A stretch of 57,878 nucleotides of DNA from IMG/VR virus record IMGVR_UViG_3300022752_000079, positions 1-57,878 of that record. One strand, 5' to 3'. The DNA is from a virus (lineage: Duplodnaviria; Caudoviricetes). The position numbers and the translations under genes are program-made. The notes below the pieces were generated by a model. The model saw only the letters and a program-made list of their open reading frames with translations, had not been told where the DNA came from and did no database searches. Within the stretch, counting starts at the first letter, position 1; each line of letters starts with the position of its first letter. Positions 9,514 through 21,007 of the stretch are shown one piece after another.

Positions 9514-10578
9514 TTATGCTAAGGATGCACTCTGCCAGCCTGTTGCACCGGCACCTGTGTATAAATATATAAAACTACCGCTCCAATACATGGAACCGGA
9601 TACTGGATTTGATGGTGCTGATGGGTTTGTAGGTATTTGAATTGATGCGGAGTAATTGGAATCAATTCGAACGTCAAAAATGTCTTTTCGATTACTAACG
9701 TCTCCGGATCCCCCTCCTACTACAAACAGTGAGCTAGTATTGTTACGTGAGTTATATTGTCCTACTACAAATTGATTTGATCCGGAAGCTATTGTCAGTA
9801 GACCAAAGGCGGCTGAACCGGAACCTAATGCTTTTGAACCGGATCCGGCAGCAAATGAGGCCGGTCCTGAGGCCGTCGTACTTCTATTACAAGCAAATGC
9901 GAAATCCGCGGAAGCTTCCGTATTTCTACCAAATGCAGTAGAACCTATACCCGCAGCAGTTACAGAATATCCTGCGGCGATTGCGCCTCCCGGGTTTCCG
10001 GGTGATGCGACTGCTTCTCTACCAAACGCCGCATTGTATTCACCGGATGCCGTTACATCCAATCCTACTGCTATACAACCATTTGATCCGGCTCCATCAC
10101 CGGCTTGAGCTCTATTACCGACTGCAATAGAATTTTGAAATGATATAGAACCGGTACCTATAGCTATAGATACTCCATTAGCAGTCGATGCTAGAGAAGA
10201 AATAGAACCGGATACTATGAATGAACCGGTAACCGTTAATCCGTTTGTAAAATTACCGGAACCAGATACATCTAAATTGTAATTCGGTAAGGAATTGTTT
10301 ATACCGACTTTTGAACCGGTTACAGAAATTGGTGCTATTGGTGTGGTTAATGAAGATGTACTAGTATAATATACTTGACCGTTAATAGGATTGATAGTTA
10401 ATAGATGCGACTGCGATACTGGATTTAATGCGTTCAGTACTAATGATCCGGTTACAGTAACATGACCTAAAGTTACTGCATTTATATAAGAACCGGTACC
10501 GTCTGCAAACTTCGAACCGGATATTCGAACTATTTCCTGATAAGAACTAGAAACATATCTACCTGTAAATCCTGCCAT
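9514..10578 (-). CDS. Tail-fibre/adhesin-like protein with YadA-head-like repeats
   Basis: Repeated A.G..S.A.G units (ASGEYNAAFG, ASGPASFAAG). Confidence 0.6.
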   Translation of the reverse strand: MAGFTGRYVSSSYQEIVRISGSKFADGTGSYINAVTLGHVTVTGSLVLNALNPVSQSHLLTINPINGQVYYTSTSSLTTPIAPISVTGSKVGINNSLPNYNLDVSGSGNFTNGLTVTGSFIVSGSISSLASTANGVSIAIGTGSISFQNSIAVGNRAQAGDGAGSNGCIAVGLDVTASGEYNAAFGREAVASPGNPGGAIAAGYSVTAAGIGSTAFGRNTEASADFAFACNRSTTASGPASFAAGSGSKALGSGSAAFGLLTIASGSNQFVVGQYNSRNNTSSLFVVGGGSGDVSNRKDIFDVRIDSNYSASIQIPTNPSAPSNPVSGSMYWSGSFIYLYTGAGATGWQSASLA

Positions 10579-10613
10579 TTAATTGTATTTTATATAAATA
10601 TGAATTCATTCAA

Positions 10614-12740
10614 TTATCTTATTTGATCAATTGATACTATTATTGAAGGCGTTGCGGGTCGGGTAGGAGTTACCTGTGTAGGTAACGCTAATATTTGACC
10701 GGTTGCTGCATCGCAGGACCATAACAATTGCACCTCATCATTTGCATTCAAATTTACAATGAAATTCCATGAAGCTACAGATCTACCTGTGGTACCGGAA
10801 GCTTTCACCAGTTCTATAAATGTATTGGTATCCGGGACATTCTGGTTGTTTACTCTATACCATATAGAAAATTCAATGTTAGTATTAGCAGTATTGTACA
10901 ATTGAGCAGAAAATTGCAGGTTATAAATACCGGCATTATCAAATTTCAATATGTTAGGTAAATTGCTACCATCATTTATAACTCGTACACCTGTGTTATA
11001 TGATGATGTTGTATTAAGTTTAAACGGATATGCAGTATTTGCTGAACCGGATTGAGTTGTAGTATCGTAAAATGATCCGATATTATACAATTTATTGGAC
11101 CCTATATAATATTCGTCGGAAACTAATTTGTCGGTCTTCCATATATTGGAACTGGATACATAATAATTGTTTATGTAACTACTTACATTTGCGTTGTTTC
11201 CGTTAACATTTACATAATCAAATCGAATATCATACATTCCAGTTCTGTAAACGTGAAATGGTACTAAATATCTAATACTATCAACATTACTTTTCAATGA
11301 AATGTTACTAAGATGCCACTTACCAGATTGCATTGCAAATATAAACTGACAATTGCCGTTCTTATCCGGTGAAAATTCAATTTTATTTGCATCAAATCTA
11401 GCAGCTTTAGAGTTTGATTTGATTGATCCTATTTTCTTTAAACTATTTGTATAACCAGACACACCGGAGCCGGATACGTATACATCCAACAACACATTAT
11501 TGGAAATGTTATTGAAATCAGCATCCAATTCACCGTATGCATCAAATGTCAACGAATACGTTTCACTTGAATTCAAATAAAAACTGTTTTTAGTTCGAAT
11601 ATATGCATACATGTTTGAGGAAATCAAACTCAATTTAGATGAACTAACCGTATACATGCAATCAATTAACGGATAATTTCTATATTCAACTTGTATACTA
11701 GATGTGGGATCTACTGCATTAACCCAGCCGGACTCCCAATTAGTTGATATGTCAGTATTAGATTTAATGAACCCGATACCATTCAAATATTTCAATGAAC
11801 CGGTACCTATCAACAATTCGTTTGAAATAGAATTGATCGGTATTTCATTAATCAAATCATATGAGTCATTGGATGACCGAGCGTACATATGAATTTTATC
11901 TACAGTACCGACTACAGGTTTAAAGTTTCTAAACGTGATATCTGCATACGTGGTATTGATTGACTGCGTTACAATTGTACTAGAAGTAACGTACAATATC
12001 GAAGCGCTAGTTACAGTAGCAGCCTCAGCAAATACCGGTAAATTTTTATTGGAACTAGTATATGGATTTGATAACTTTATGAGTTTATCATTTATCACTT
12101 CAACAATCGTACCAGTATATGAATTGAAATCGGTATATCCGGCCGGTTTTGATATGGATGCAGTCGTAAATGATATGCTAGCTGATTTGAATGAACCAAT
12201 AAATTGACTGCCGGAGGTTTTTAAATATGTGTTACCATTTCTATACTCTAAACTACTAGAATTTAAAGTGAATGTAGTTAAAGTGGATCCGGAATCTAAA
12301 ATTGTCGGTAAATTGATCAAATTGATTGAAGCACTAGGAGCCGTTTCAAACAATATGATAGAAGAATCGACAGAAGAATGTATGTATGTTACTTCAAATG
12401 AATATTTTACATCCGGGATAGGTCCTATAGTAGTATTGTATTTAGATACAGCTAATATAGTGCAATATAAAATTTCATCTTTAATCAGACCGGTAACGTC
12501 GACGTTAACTGATCCTACATTATCTGATATTATAATACCTGAACTCTTTAATATGGTGTTGTTTGCAGTTCTGCACTCTACTAAAATGTTACTATTGTTT
12601 GCAATATTCGATAGACCGGATATTGCAAATGAATTTCTACCCGGTGAAAATTGAGTAGGCGATTGAACTTGAATCAAATTGTTATGATTCAATAACGGCC
12701 ATATATACAAATTTAATCTACTATCAGAAACAATATCCAT
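10614..12740 (-). CDS. Putative virion structural protein
   Basis: 708 aa, S/T/N-rich and beta-like; late-type promoter. Confidence 0.55.
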   Translation of the reverse strand: MDIVSDSRLNLYIWPLLNHNNLIQVQSPTQFSPGRNSFAISGLSNIANNSNILVECRTANNTILKSSGIIISDNVGSVNVDVTGLIKDEILYCTILAVSKYNTTIGPIPDVKYSFEVTYIHSSVDSSIILFETAPSASINLINLPTILDSGSTLTTFTLNSSSLEYRNGNTYLKTSGSQFIGSFKSASISFTTASISKPAGYTDFNSYTGTIVEVINDKLIKLSNPYTSSNKNLPVFAEAATVTSASILYVTSSTIVTQSINTTYADITFRNFKPVVGTVDKIHMYARSSNDSYDLINEIPINSISNELLIGTGSLKYLNGIGFIKSNTDISTNWESGWVNAVDPTSSIQVEYRNYPLIDCMYTVSSSKLSLISSNMYAYIRTKNSFYLNSSETYSLTFDAYGELDADFNNISNNVLLDVYVSGSGVSGYTNSLKKIGSIKSNSKAARFDANKIEFSPDKNGNCQFIFAMQSGKWHLSNISLKSNVDSIRYLVPFHVYRTGMYDIRFDYVNVNGNNANVSSYINNYYVSSSNIWKTDKLVSDEYYIGSNKLYNIGSFYDTTTQSGSANTAYPFKLNTTSSYNTGVRVINDGSNLPNILKFDNAGIYNLQFSAQLYNTANTNIEFSIWYRVNNQNVPDTNTFIELVKASGTTGRSVASWNFIVNLNANDEVQLLWSCDAATGQILALPTQVTPTRPATPSIIVSIDQIR

Positions 12741-12765
12741 AACTATAAATATGAACTCGAGTAGA

Positions 12766-15700
12766 TCATACGTATGTTATTTTGGATTTGTTATCTACCT
12801 TATGAATTTCAATAATAGAATCAACCATATCCCTTACGGTATCAATATGCGATATAACAATCACGTACATGAATTGAGTCTTCAAATAATCAAATAACAT
12901 GGCCATATTATTTAAATTGCTAGGATCTAAATTACCTAATCCTTCATCTATAACCAAAAACGGCGGTCTAGGTAAACTAGATACATTTATTAATGCAGTA
13001 CGAATTGCTATCTGAGCTACAAATTTCTCCATACCAGAACTCAATTCTAACGGCCAATATCTATCAGAATCATAAACAATATACGCGTCAATGTTTTTAC
13101 CATCGCAATTAAACGTTATTTTATAATCGGTAATCTGCGATAAAATGGTATTCACTTCCTGCTCAATATGCGGTAATGCTGTCCTAATCAATTGATACGG
13201 AATTCCATCTCTAGAAACGGCGTCCATATACAATTCATAATAATTGAATTCATTCTTTAATGTAAGTAAACGATTCAAACTCATTTTAATTGAATTCAAT
13301 TTGTCTTTACATATCTTGATACGTGAATAGACATCACGTATCTTAAGTTCTTCATCGGATAATATCTTTGATATATTTGAATGTATCTCGCGCAAATCGG
13401 CTATCTTAGAGCGAATTATATCATTTTCAATAATCGTTTGTTGATGCGTATTCAAAAGTTCCATGTACTCAATGTATTGATTTACAATCGATTGAAGTTT
13501 AGATTCTTCTATTTGCAATTGCAATTTTTCATTTGAAAGTACATGTATTTTTTTATTTATCGAATCCAATTCACGTAAGTCGATTTGCAATTGATTGTGT
13601 GCATCTACAAATTTAGATTTCAATGCAATTTCATCCAATACTGACTCAATCAATATGCTCATCTTTTCAATTTCAATTTCAGCCGTTTTCAATGATTCAG
13701 CAACATTAATTGACTTGAGTACACTTTCATTGGACATACAGAATTTGCAATTCGGATCATATTCAACGACGCCATTACGCTGTTGAACTGTAACCCAATG
13801 CAATTTTTCAGAGTTTAACAGTTTCAATTTACCATTCAATTCATCTCGATATCGAACCGCTCTATTATAAGAATCAAATTTCAATTCAATTTCTGATCGA
13901 TCCTGTAATCTGAATTCAATTTGCGTTTTCGATTCATTCAATGAATTGATAGTATTACTGGAGACAATTATTTTACTTTGAATTGCATCAAGTTTCTTTT
14001 GACTTACTGCAATTAAATCTAACAACTCATCTTTAGTATACTTTACCTCCGGATAAATTGATATGATTTTTGAATTGAGTTCATCAATTTCCGTTGAAGT
14101 TTCTTTCAATTTACTCGTTAACTTCAATTTATTTTGATCCAACTTTTCATATTCAACTTCAACCAATTCGAGTTCACTACCGTAATACGTTTGACCGGCA
14201 TCATAATCTTCTTTACTGAGTACCTTGATTTCAGTGGCCACTTCTTTAATTTCAACGGCAGCTGTCGAATACAATTTTTCAAATATTTCAGCATCCATGA
14301 ATTGAGCCAGTAAATCTTTTCGTTTACTTTGACCAATATCAATAAAGCCGGTATTGTTGTTTTGTACTGACAATGAAGTCAATACAAAGTCTTCGTAGGA
14401 TCCTAAATAACTTCTAATTATTCTATTGGTATCAGTTCTCTCTTTACCATTTAAAACTATAAGTTCTCCATTCACGTCCATTTTAGTGAAATTCACTGTA
14501 ACTCTAACGTGATCTTTCATTTTAACTCCAGTTCTAGTAATGGTATACAATTCATTGTTGATAGTAAACTTAAACTCACTTTCAAATGAATTACTTGAAT
14601 TGTTCAATACCATATCCGCTTTGGTAGTTCTATTACACTTGTCAAATATGCAATAAGCTAATGCATCAAACAATGAAGATTTACCGGAAGCGTTCGAAGC
14701 AAATATACCATACATCCCGCGCATATCATCAAATTTGATAATATTGTCATTACCGTATGAAAACATGTTTGAAAAGTTGAATGATATCGGAACCCAAATC
14801 ACATTTCTAAGTTGATCGGATGCGCCAACTATACTGTTACACTTTCTGTTAACGTGTTTTACGCCGTCTATCATTTCATCACTAACACCTTTCGCAGTCA
14901 AATAGGTACTCAACAACTTGTTCTGATATTCAATGTCTCTAACATCTCCTACATTTATTTTTGTACCGGAATTTAAATCACTTAATTGAGTATTGACTTT
15001 TTGAATGGTAGTTTCTATAATTTTACATTTCGATGAAACTTTTGATATTGTACCACTAATTTTTGATTCTGGAGTTAGTGCATTAACTTGTAACCTTAAT
15101 CTGATATTAGCCGGTAAATTTTCAGGCAATTGCAATTCAGTATCCTTAGTCAAATCAATTGTGTGATACCCGTAATCATTTTTTATACAAACAAATTCAG
15201 AGGTTTTTGATTCTACATCCCATACTAAAATACCTCGATTCAATTCAGATTCACCGAAACTTTGTTGAATCAATGAACCGGGGTATGCTATAGTTTTTGC
15301 AGCATTTAACATTTGATTCGGTACATGAATATCACCTAATAACGTTAAATCGTAACCAGAAAAAGTATGAATATTCACGTTTTTATTTTCCAATACATGT
15401 CCTGTATCTGTTACGGCAGTATCCACTGCACCGTGATGCAGTGCAATTTTAAAATTACCCTTAAATGAATCTGCTTTTATGAAGTCGGCGGGCTTATCAA
15501 ATACAGACATTACAGTGAAATGAATTCCTCCAATCTCATATACACCGGAATCAGGCAAATAAATAAAAGAGTCTGAGCCGATTGCTTTTACAATCGGAGT
15601 CAATGAATCTAACCTACTTCTATTATTTAAGTTACAATCGTGATTGCCCGGGATACAAATGGTTAAACATATTTCTGATAAACTTCTAAAAAAGTCTTGA

Positions 15701-15921
15701 ACCATATTTACTGATTCAGGACTAATATCAGTCTTCGAATGTACTATATCACCGCCTAAAAATATAACAGAATTAGGAGTTTTAGTTTTACGAATGTAAT
15801 CATATAATCTGGAAAATACTATTCGATATTCTTCATGTCGTTTCAAATTTCGAACGTGTACATCAGATATGTGATAAATCTTATCTATTTTAGATAATCC
15901 AGTTTCAATCTTAGTTATCAT
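12766..15921 (-). CDS. Fused SbcD/Mre11 nuclease - SbcC/Rad50 ATPase (gp47+gp46-like)
   Basis: SDVH, GGD, GNHD and GDIH phosphoesterase motifs; NASGKSS Walker A, coiled coil, CKFC hook, LSSGME, VIDEG. Confidence 0.9.
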   Translation of the reverse strand: MITKIETGLSKIDKIYHISDVHVRNLKRHEEYRIVFSRLYDYIRKTKTPNSVIFLGGDIVHSKTDISPESVNMVQDFFRSLSEICLTICIPGNHDCNLNNRSRLDSLTPIVKAIGSDSFIYLPDSGVYEIGGIHFTVMSVFDKPADFIKADSFKGNFKIALHHGAVDTAVTDTGHVLENKNVNIHTFSGYDLTLLGDIHVPNQMLNAAKTIAYPGSLIQQSFGESELNRGILVWDVESKTSEFVCIKNDYGYHTIDLTKDTELQLPENLPANIRLRLQVNALTPESKISGTISKVSSKCKIIETTIQKVNTQLSDLNSGTKINVGDVRDIEYQNKLLSTYLTAKGVSDEMIDGVKHVNRKCNSIVGASDQLRNVIWVPISFNFSNMFSYGNDNIIKFDDMRGMYGIFASNASGKSSLFDALAYCIFDKCNRTTKADMVLNNSSNSFESEFKFTINNELYTITRTGVKMKDHVRVTVNFTKMDVNGELIVLNGKERTDTNRIIRSYLGSYEDFVLTSLSVQNNNTGFIDIGQSKRKDLLAQFMDAEIFEKLYSTAAVEIKEVATEIKVLSKEDYDAGQTYYGSELELVEVEYEKLDQNKLKLTSKLKETSTEIDELNSKIISIYPEVKYTKDELLDLIAVSQKKLDAIQSKIIVSSNTINSLNESKTQIEFRLQDRSEIELKFDSYNRAVRYRDELNGKLKLLNSEKLHWVTVQQRNGVVEYDPNCKFCMSNESVLKSINVAESLKTAEIEIEKMSILIESVLDEIALKSKFVDAHNQLQIDLRELDSINKKIHVLSNEKLQLQIEESKLQSIVNQYIEYMELLNTHQQTIIENDIIRSKIADLREIHSNISKILSDEELKIRDVYSRIKICKDKLNSIKMSLNRLLTLKNEFNYYELYMDAVSRDGIPYQLIRTALPHIEQEVNTILSQITDYKITFNCDGKNIDAYIVYDSDRYWPLELSSGMEKFVAQIAIRTALINVSSLPRPPFLVIDEGLGNLDPSNLNNMAMLFDYLKTQFMYVIVISHIDTVRDMVDSIIEIHKVDNKSKITYV

Positions 15922-16850
15922 AACATCAATTTATATTCTACCAAGGATCTCATATCCATCGGCGTGACCGAATCTAACAATTTATACATTTCAGTGAATC
16001 CAATTGTAGACGGATCTTTATCATGTAAATCACAGAAATATACGGTTATTCCCATTCTCATGAACTGTTCAGCTTGTTTTACAGCTTGCCGTAAAGCATC
16101 CCTGTCTAAACAAATGTAAATTTCACGAACTTTGTTTTCAATTATTCTACGAGCCAAAGTATTTGATATGGTTTTACCGAATAAAGGTATTGCATTTCTT
16201 CGGACTGCCATTGCATCAAAAGCACCTTCTACCAATACAATAGGAACATTCCAATTGACCAACAATTCAAAACCAACAATATCTCTGGATATAGTAGGAT
16301 TGATATATCTAGATCCGTCATCTCTATCGTAATAGGACCTTGCAGTGAAATAATTCAATTTACCGGTTGCATCGTAACTAGGTATAATTACAGTTTTACT
16401 ATATTGACCAGTCTCACAGTAACCAATACCATATTTGATAATTTCACTCTTAGTAAGACCTCGTTTCATTACATATTTCAAAGCGTGACTGTATTCAACA
16501 GAATTGGATAGTTGCCATAACGGTTTAAATTCAATTGGAAGAGATATTGACTGTTTAACGGTCGTTTTACTTACACCTGAATATAAATTGGTTTTTGTTA
16601 TAGATCCTAATTCTATGAAATAGTTTCTAGGCAAATTCAATTTTCTAAACATTGTCGATAACGTCTTACCGGATTCGTTGCATGACCAGCAATGATAATG
16701 ATTCTCCGAATTTACAGTACTAACAATTTGAACTTCAAACTTTTTCTTGGAATGATTACAAAATGGACAATTGTATGCTCTATTGCCTCGAGCAGTACTT
16801 TTACCCGGACCTAATATTGAATCCAATAACGAAATCAGAGATTCTTCCAT
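15918..16850 (-). CDS. DNA primase (Zn finger + TOPRIM)
   Basis: CPFC..HCWSC; LVEGAFDA; CLDRD. Confidence 0.88.
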   Translation of the reverse strand: MEESLISLLDSILGPGKSTARGNRAYNCPFCNHSKKKFEVQIVSTVNSENHYHCWSCNESGKTLSTMFRKLNLPRNYFIELGSITKTNLYSGVSKTTVKQSISLPIEFKPLWQLSNSVEYSHALKYVMKRGLTKSEIIKYGIGYCETGQYSKTVIIPSYDATGKLNYFTARSYYDRDDGSRYINPTISRDIVGFELLVNWNVPIVLVEGAFDAMAVRRNAIPLFGKTISNTLARRIIENKVREIYICLDRDALRQAVKQAEQFMRMGITVYFCDLHDKDPSTIGFTEMYKLLDSVTPMDMRSLVEYKLML

Positions 16851-16885
16851 GGAAGATACGTATATTTGTACCTAATATATGGAAA

Positions 16886-17281
16886 TCAATTTAATAACCA
16901 ATCTCTAGGTATCTCTTTTTTTGAGTATTTAAATCCGTACTTGTTACACCAATCAGCGTATGTAGTTTTTGAGTTTTTAGATATCCTGTTATTAGGATCT
17001 GAAAAAACAAATCTAATATCCAATTCCGGATGTTGCTCTCTAATAAGTAAATGTTTTTTTCTGTCAGCTGCAACAAATCTACCTTTACCTTCTATATAAA
17101 GAATAGATCCATCATTTCGAACTATAGTAAAATCCGGAGTATACTTGGCCGGTCTTTCAGGTATAGTATACTTGATTTTATCTGATTCATAACTGAAATT
17201 AACTTGTTCCGACTTCAATTGATCTTGTATGATCGATTCTAAACCGGACCGAAAGTTAATTTTCTTTCTTCGTTTAAACAT
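16886..17281 (-). CDS. T7 endonuclease I-like Holliday junction resolvase
   Basis: FRSGLE, YTPDF, IEGKGRF, DRKKHLL, DIRFVF. Confidence 0.9.
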   Translation of the reverse strand: MFKRRKKINFRSGLESIIQDQLKSEQVNFSYESDKIKYTIPERPAKYTPDFTIVRNDGSILYIEGKGRFVAADRKKHLLIREQHPELDIRFVFSDPNNRISKNSKTTYADWCNKYGFKYSKKEIPRDWLLN

Positions 17282-17283
17282 AA

Positions 17284-19005
17284 TTAAATATCTAGTCTAA
17301 TTAAAAAATTCATGTCCATCGTATCAAATTTAGGTACTGGCCTTGCTAACTTTGCCACTGCTAACAATTCGTAATTATCATTATACAATCCTATTGTGGT
17401 AATATATGGATTCCACTCAGGATTAGATACGTTATCACTGTATATAGCGTTACTAGTAGATTGACATTCCCCTATTCTAGTTTGAAGTAATGATGGATTG
17501 GAACTCAAATTCAATTCAGATTTTTTAGCTCTACACAAAACCTCCATTTCATTTATTTTCAAAGTGGAATTGAAATTTAATTGAATATCCATAGCACCCG
17601 GACCTAATGAATTCCAGGATGATCCGGAATAATGAATATTTCGCATTGCAGGTCGAGTATCCGTTAATGTAATAATACCTTGTTCATAAATTACATTACC
17701 TATTATATTACTATTTACTGCATTACATTTTGAACTCAAATCACTTAAATTTAAAATTTCATCATTATCCAACGACCGATTGAAAAAGTAAACTTCATCT
17801 AGTTCACCTTTAAATCCTTGAAGACCATCGGAAGTATTACCTAATACAGTATCATAATCATTTTCATAATCTGATGAACAGTTTACATTGATCCAATCAA
17901 CTTCTACTCCATTTATATACAATTGCAATCGAGTACCTTTCTTTTGACACACGCAGTGAACCGGCGCCGATTTAACACTAATACCGGTTTGCAATGAATA
18001 AGTGTTGGTACCATCCGACCTAGTAAAATACAATGTGGTATTGGCACCTGATACTACATTAGCATTCGCTATTTTAATTTCATACGGCCATACTGGATAC
18101 GGAGTATTGGTTATTAATGGTACTACTCTACCGAAGACTGTAATTAATGAAGTGGTTTGTCTGTTCTTTGATATTACCCAGTTATAATCAGCTGCACTCG
18201 TAGCATCCAATGAGTCTAAACTAAGCCAAAATGAAATAGCAAAATCATTACTATTTCTAGGAGAAGTAATATCAGAATTCGGTATTTGAATATATGAACC
18301 GGAACCAGTAAATCGAGCAGATAAACCAATTGGCTTATTGTAATAACTATCAACTACAGCTGAATTAATTACCGATACACTCTTATAAACAATACCTTTT
18401 ACTAAATGAGTATTTTCAATTCTATTAACAGGTTTAAATAAATCAGCATCAAACCCTAAATATAAGAAGTTGTTTATATCTGATTCAACACTAGCAGAAT
18501 ACGTGGTAGTTCTAATATTACCATACGTATCATCATAAAACGTTACGGTTTCATTTGAACTAGATATACTACCATTAATTGAACCGGGCTTTATACTTCT
18601 ACCGTATAATGACTGCGGTATACTTACAATTGAAGCCGTACTATGTAATCTTCTAGTAGTTAAAGTTTCATTGAAATTACCGAAAGAATTTAATGTATAT
18701 GGATTTCGATAATATAAATGATTCAATGAATACCATGCAATACCGGAATTAACAGATTCAGATACATAAATATATGAATTAGTTTGATTATCCGGGGTGG
18801 TAATGGTTTGAAATGAACCTGTTGTAATTACTCCTCCGATATAATTATTCGGATTAGGTTTATGTGCAACTAAAAAAGTACTTCGTTGAACCGAGGATGT
18901 GTTATAAAAATCAGTTTCGCTGAGCGACCATGATTTATAGACCAGGAATTCAGTCTTTGACACATCGTTCGGCCTAATACGTTTAAATACGCCAGCTTCA
19001 ACCAT
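17284..19005 (-). CDS. LamG/concanavalin-domain virion protein
   Basis: FAISFW, LQLYING and FKGELDEVYFFNRSL LamG motifs; C-terminal YITTIGLYND.ELLAVAK. Confidence 0.75.
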   Translation of the reverse strand: MVEAGVFKRIRPNDVSKTEFLVYKSWSLSETDFYNTSSVQRSTFLVAHKPNPNNYIGGVITTGSFQTITTPDNQTNSYIYVSESVNSGIAWYSLNHLYYRNPYTLNSFGNFNETLTTRRLHSTASIVSIPQSLYGRSIKPGSINGSISSSNETVTFYDDTYGNIRTTTYSASVESDINNFLYLGFDADLFKPVNRIENTHLVKGIVYKSVSVINSAVVDSYYNKPIGLSARFTGSGSYIQIPNSDITSPRNSNDFAISFWLSLDSLDATSAADYNWVISKNRQTTSLITVFGRVVPLITNTPYPVWPYEIKIANANVVSGANTTLYFTRSDGTNTYSLQTGISVKSAPVHCVCQKKGTRLQLYINGVEVDWINVNCSSDYENDYDTVLGNTSDGLQGFKGELDEVYFFNRSLDNDEILNLSDLSSKCNAVNSNIIGNVIYEQGIITLTDTRPAMRNIHYSGSSWNSLGPGAMDIQLNFNSTLKINEMEVLCRAKKSELNLSSNPSLLQTRIGECQSTSNAIYSDNVSNPEWNPYITTIGLYNDNYELLAVAKLARPVPKFDTMDMNFLIRLDI

Positions 19006-19008
19006 TTA

Positions 19009-20304
19009 TTAGTAATCTAATCTAACACGCAATAATACTTCTTCGTCGAAATTTTTAAGAATCGGTCTAGAAATTTTAGCGATAGCTAATAACTCATTTT
19101 TATCATTATACAAACCTACACTAGTAATGTATACCTGAGGATCTGATACAAACTCCGAGTGATACAAATCACCCAGTGTACCAGATACAAATGTAGGATT
19201 GTTTGAGTAATTTAAATCGCCATTCTTAACTCTAACAAAATAGTTGCTAGAAATAACCTTTTGAGAATTTCTAGCAGTAAATCCATATGTAGAGTTGATT
19301 GCAGCAGCTCCGGAGATTGCAGTAAACAATTTAAATGCATTGTCACCGGCAATGTTACTACCTGACACTGTATTAAATGCTAGGTTAGAATTTAACGTTT
19401 TTCCGTTCAATACCACAATACCTAACTTCGGATAAACGTGACCGTAGTAAACATAGTTGCTACCTGTTGTATATAATGTAGTAGTACCATTTAATATGGA
19501 ACCACTGACGATATTATATCGTACACCTGCATCCGTTAAAGTAGCAGTATTAGTTATTGAACTATCATCTACTAAACTTACAAAAGTATTATCACCTTTA
19601 ACTTTAACATTTGACCCGGTATGTACACTATTTGCTACAGCAGAACCACTTAATGTAGCTAAGTTTAACTGCCAGTTACCAGGATCTAAAGTATCCTTTA
19701 ATCTAGCACGATTCAATGATATAACGTATATGTCATCAGAATTTTCTGTCGATGAACCGCTATTGAAAGTGAAAGTACTGTCAGCACCGCCTAATAACAG
19801 TAGTCTAAATTGACTGTACACAGCTTGAGTAGGAGTATATTCTGACGATAATGACCCGCTACCGTATTTGTTACCGTAAGCTACACCAAATTGTACCATT
19901 GAACCGGATACAGTCGGCGTATCATTATACACAGCATAATAATATGATTTTGCGGTTGATGATTGAGTACTACTAGTAAAGAAAGTACTTAAATTGGCAT
20001 TACCGGTACTCCATATAACACTAGAAACCGTTCTACCTTGATTTTCTAAAACGTCGGTAGCCGGGTTGAATCTAATTAGTGACCTACCATTCTGAGCTCC
20101 TTGCAGTGATTGTACATATTGCTGAAACAATTGATTAGCTATTGTTTGTGCTGCTGCAATCGTCGCTTGAGTGTTAGAATTAGTTCCACCGGGCTGCAAT
20201 GTGGTAGTACCTGATTGAACCGTACCCGTAAAATTTAAAGCTGCGGGACCTTGGTTTTTCAATACTAATCGATCTCGATATACGTTTTTAAATAGTTTGA
20301 TCAT
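19009..20304 (-). CDS. Virion structural protein (tail/baseplate collar-like)
   Basis: C-terminal YITSVGLYND.NELLAIAK shared with the neighbouring gene. Confidence 0.6.
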   Translation of the reverse strand: MIKLFKNVYRDRLVLKNQGPAALNFTGTVQSGTTTLQPGGTNSNTQATIAAAQTIANQLFQQYVQSLQGAQNGRSLIRFNPATDVLENQGRTVSSVIWSTGNANLSTFFTSSTQSSTAKSYYYAVYNDTPTVSGSMVQFGVAYGNKYGSGSLSSEYTPTQAVYSQFRLLLLGGADSTFTFNSGSSTENSDDIYVISLNRARLKDTLDPGNWQLNLATLSGSAVANSVHTGSNVKVKGDNTFVSLVDDSSITNTATLTDAGVRYNIVSGSILNGTTTLYTTGSNYVYYGHVYPKLGIVVLNGKTLNSNLAFNTVSGSNIAGDNAFKLFTAISGAAAINSTYGFTARNSQKVISSNYFVRVKNGDLNYSNNPTFVSGTLGDLYHSEFVSDPQVYITSVGLYNDKNELLAIAKISRPILKNFDEEVLLRVRLDY

Positions 20305-20306
20305 AT

Positions 20307-20954
20307 TTAACTAATTGATGGAATTGTAATTGGAATAGTTATTTGTCCACCCGTCTCGTTACCAATTATAGTTAATGTAGTAACTTTAGATGTTCCCGTC
20401 GTATTATTGAATACACAAGTTATACGGAAATTGAAACCAATAACACTAACGCTTTGAGCTGCTTCAGAGTCACCAATAAATCTAGGCACTGTTACATTAC
20501 TATTAACTACCGGACTTCCAGGTACCAATGAAATACTACAAAGTGAGTTGTCTGCAATTATTGCAGTATAACCTAAAGTAGCATTTGCACCAGTAATGTT
20601 AGCAACTTGCGGTGTAACATCTGAAATGGTATTTAAACCGTTTAGGGTAATTTGTGATATAGGTAATGTCAATACAGGTATTCTAGTAGTACTTCTAGGT
20701 AATGTAATCAACTTGTATCGCATTGATTGAGTTTCATCCGGGAACGCTTCCAATAACGGCATTGATTGAATTACGGCACCGTAATAATCACTACCATTTG
20801 GATGATCAGGATTCCATAAAGTGTAATCAATCTCATCGTCAGCCAATGCAAATTGAGTTATCTTGAAGTCGGCGGAACCTTTAGACAAAAGTTCTCGACC
20901 TTTTTTTGTTAATATAGCGTCAATGGTAACACTAGAATTATCTAAAAAACCCAT
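20307..20954 (-). CDS. Virion structural protein (tail/baseplate)
   Basis: ILTKKGRELL..FKITQFALAD, resembling the N-terminus of tail-fibre/collar proteins. Confidence 0.55.
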   Translation of the reverse strand: MGFLDNSSVTIDAILTKKGRELLSKGSADFKITQFALADDEIDYTLWNPDHPNGSDYYGAVIQSMPLLEAFPDETQSMRYKLITLPRSTTRIPVLTLPISQITLNGLNTISDVTPQVANITGANATLGYTAIIADNSLCSISLVPGSPVVNSNVTVPRFIGDSEAAQSVSVIGFNFRITCVFNNTTGTSKVTTLTIIGNETGGQITIPITIPSIS

Positions 20955-21007
20955 GATATATTATTTTAATTATAAATATAAGTATTTTTTATTTATTTTA
21001 CAAGTAA

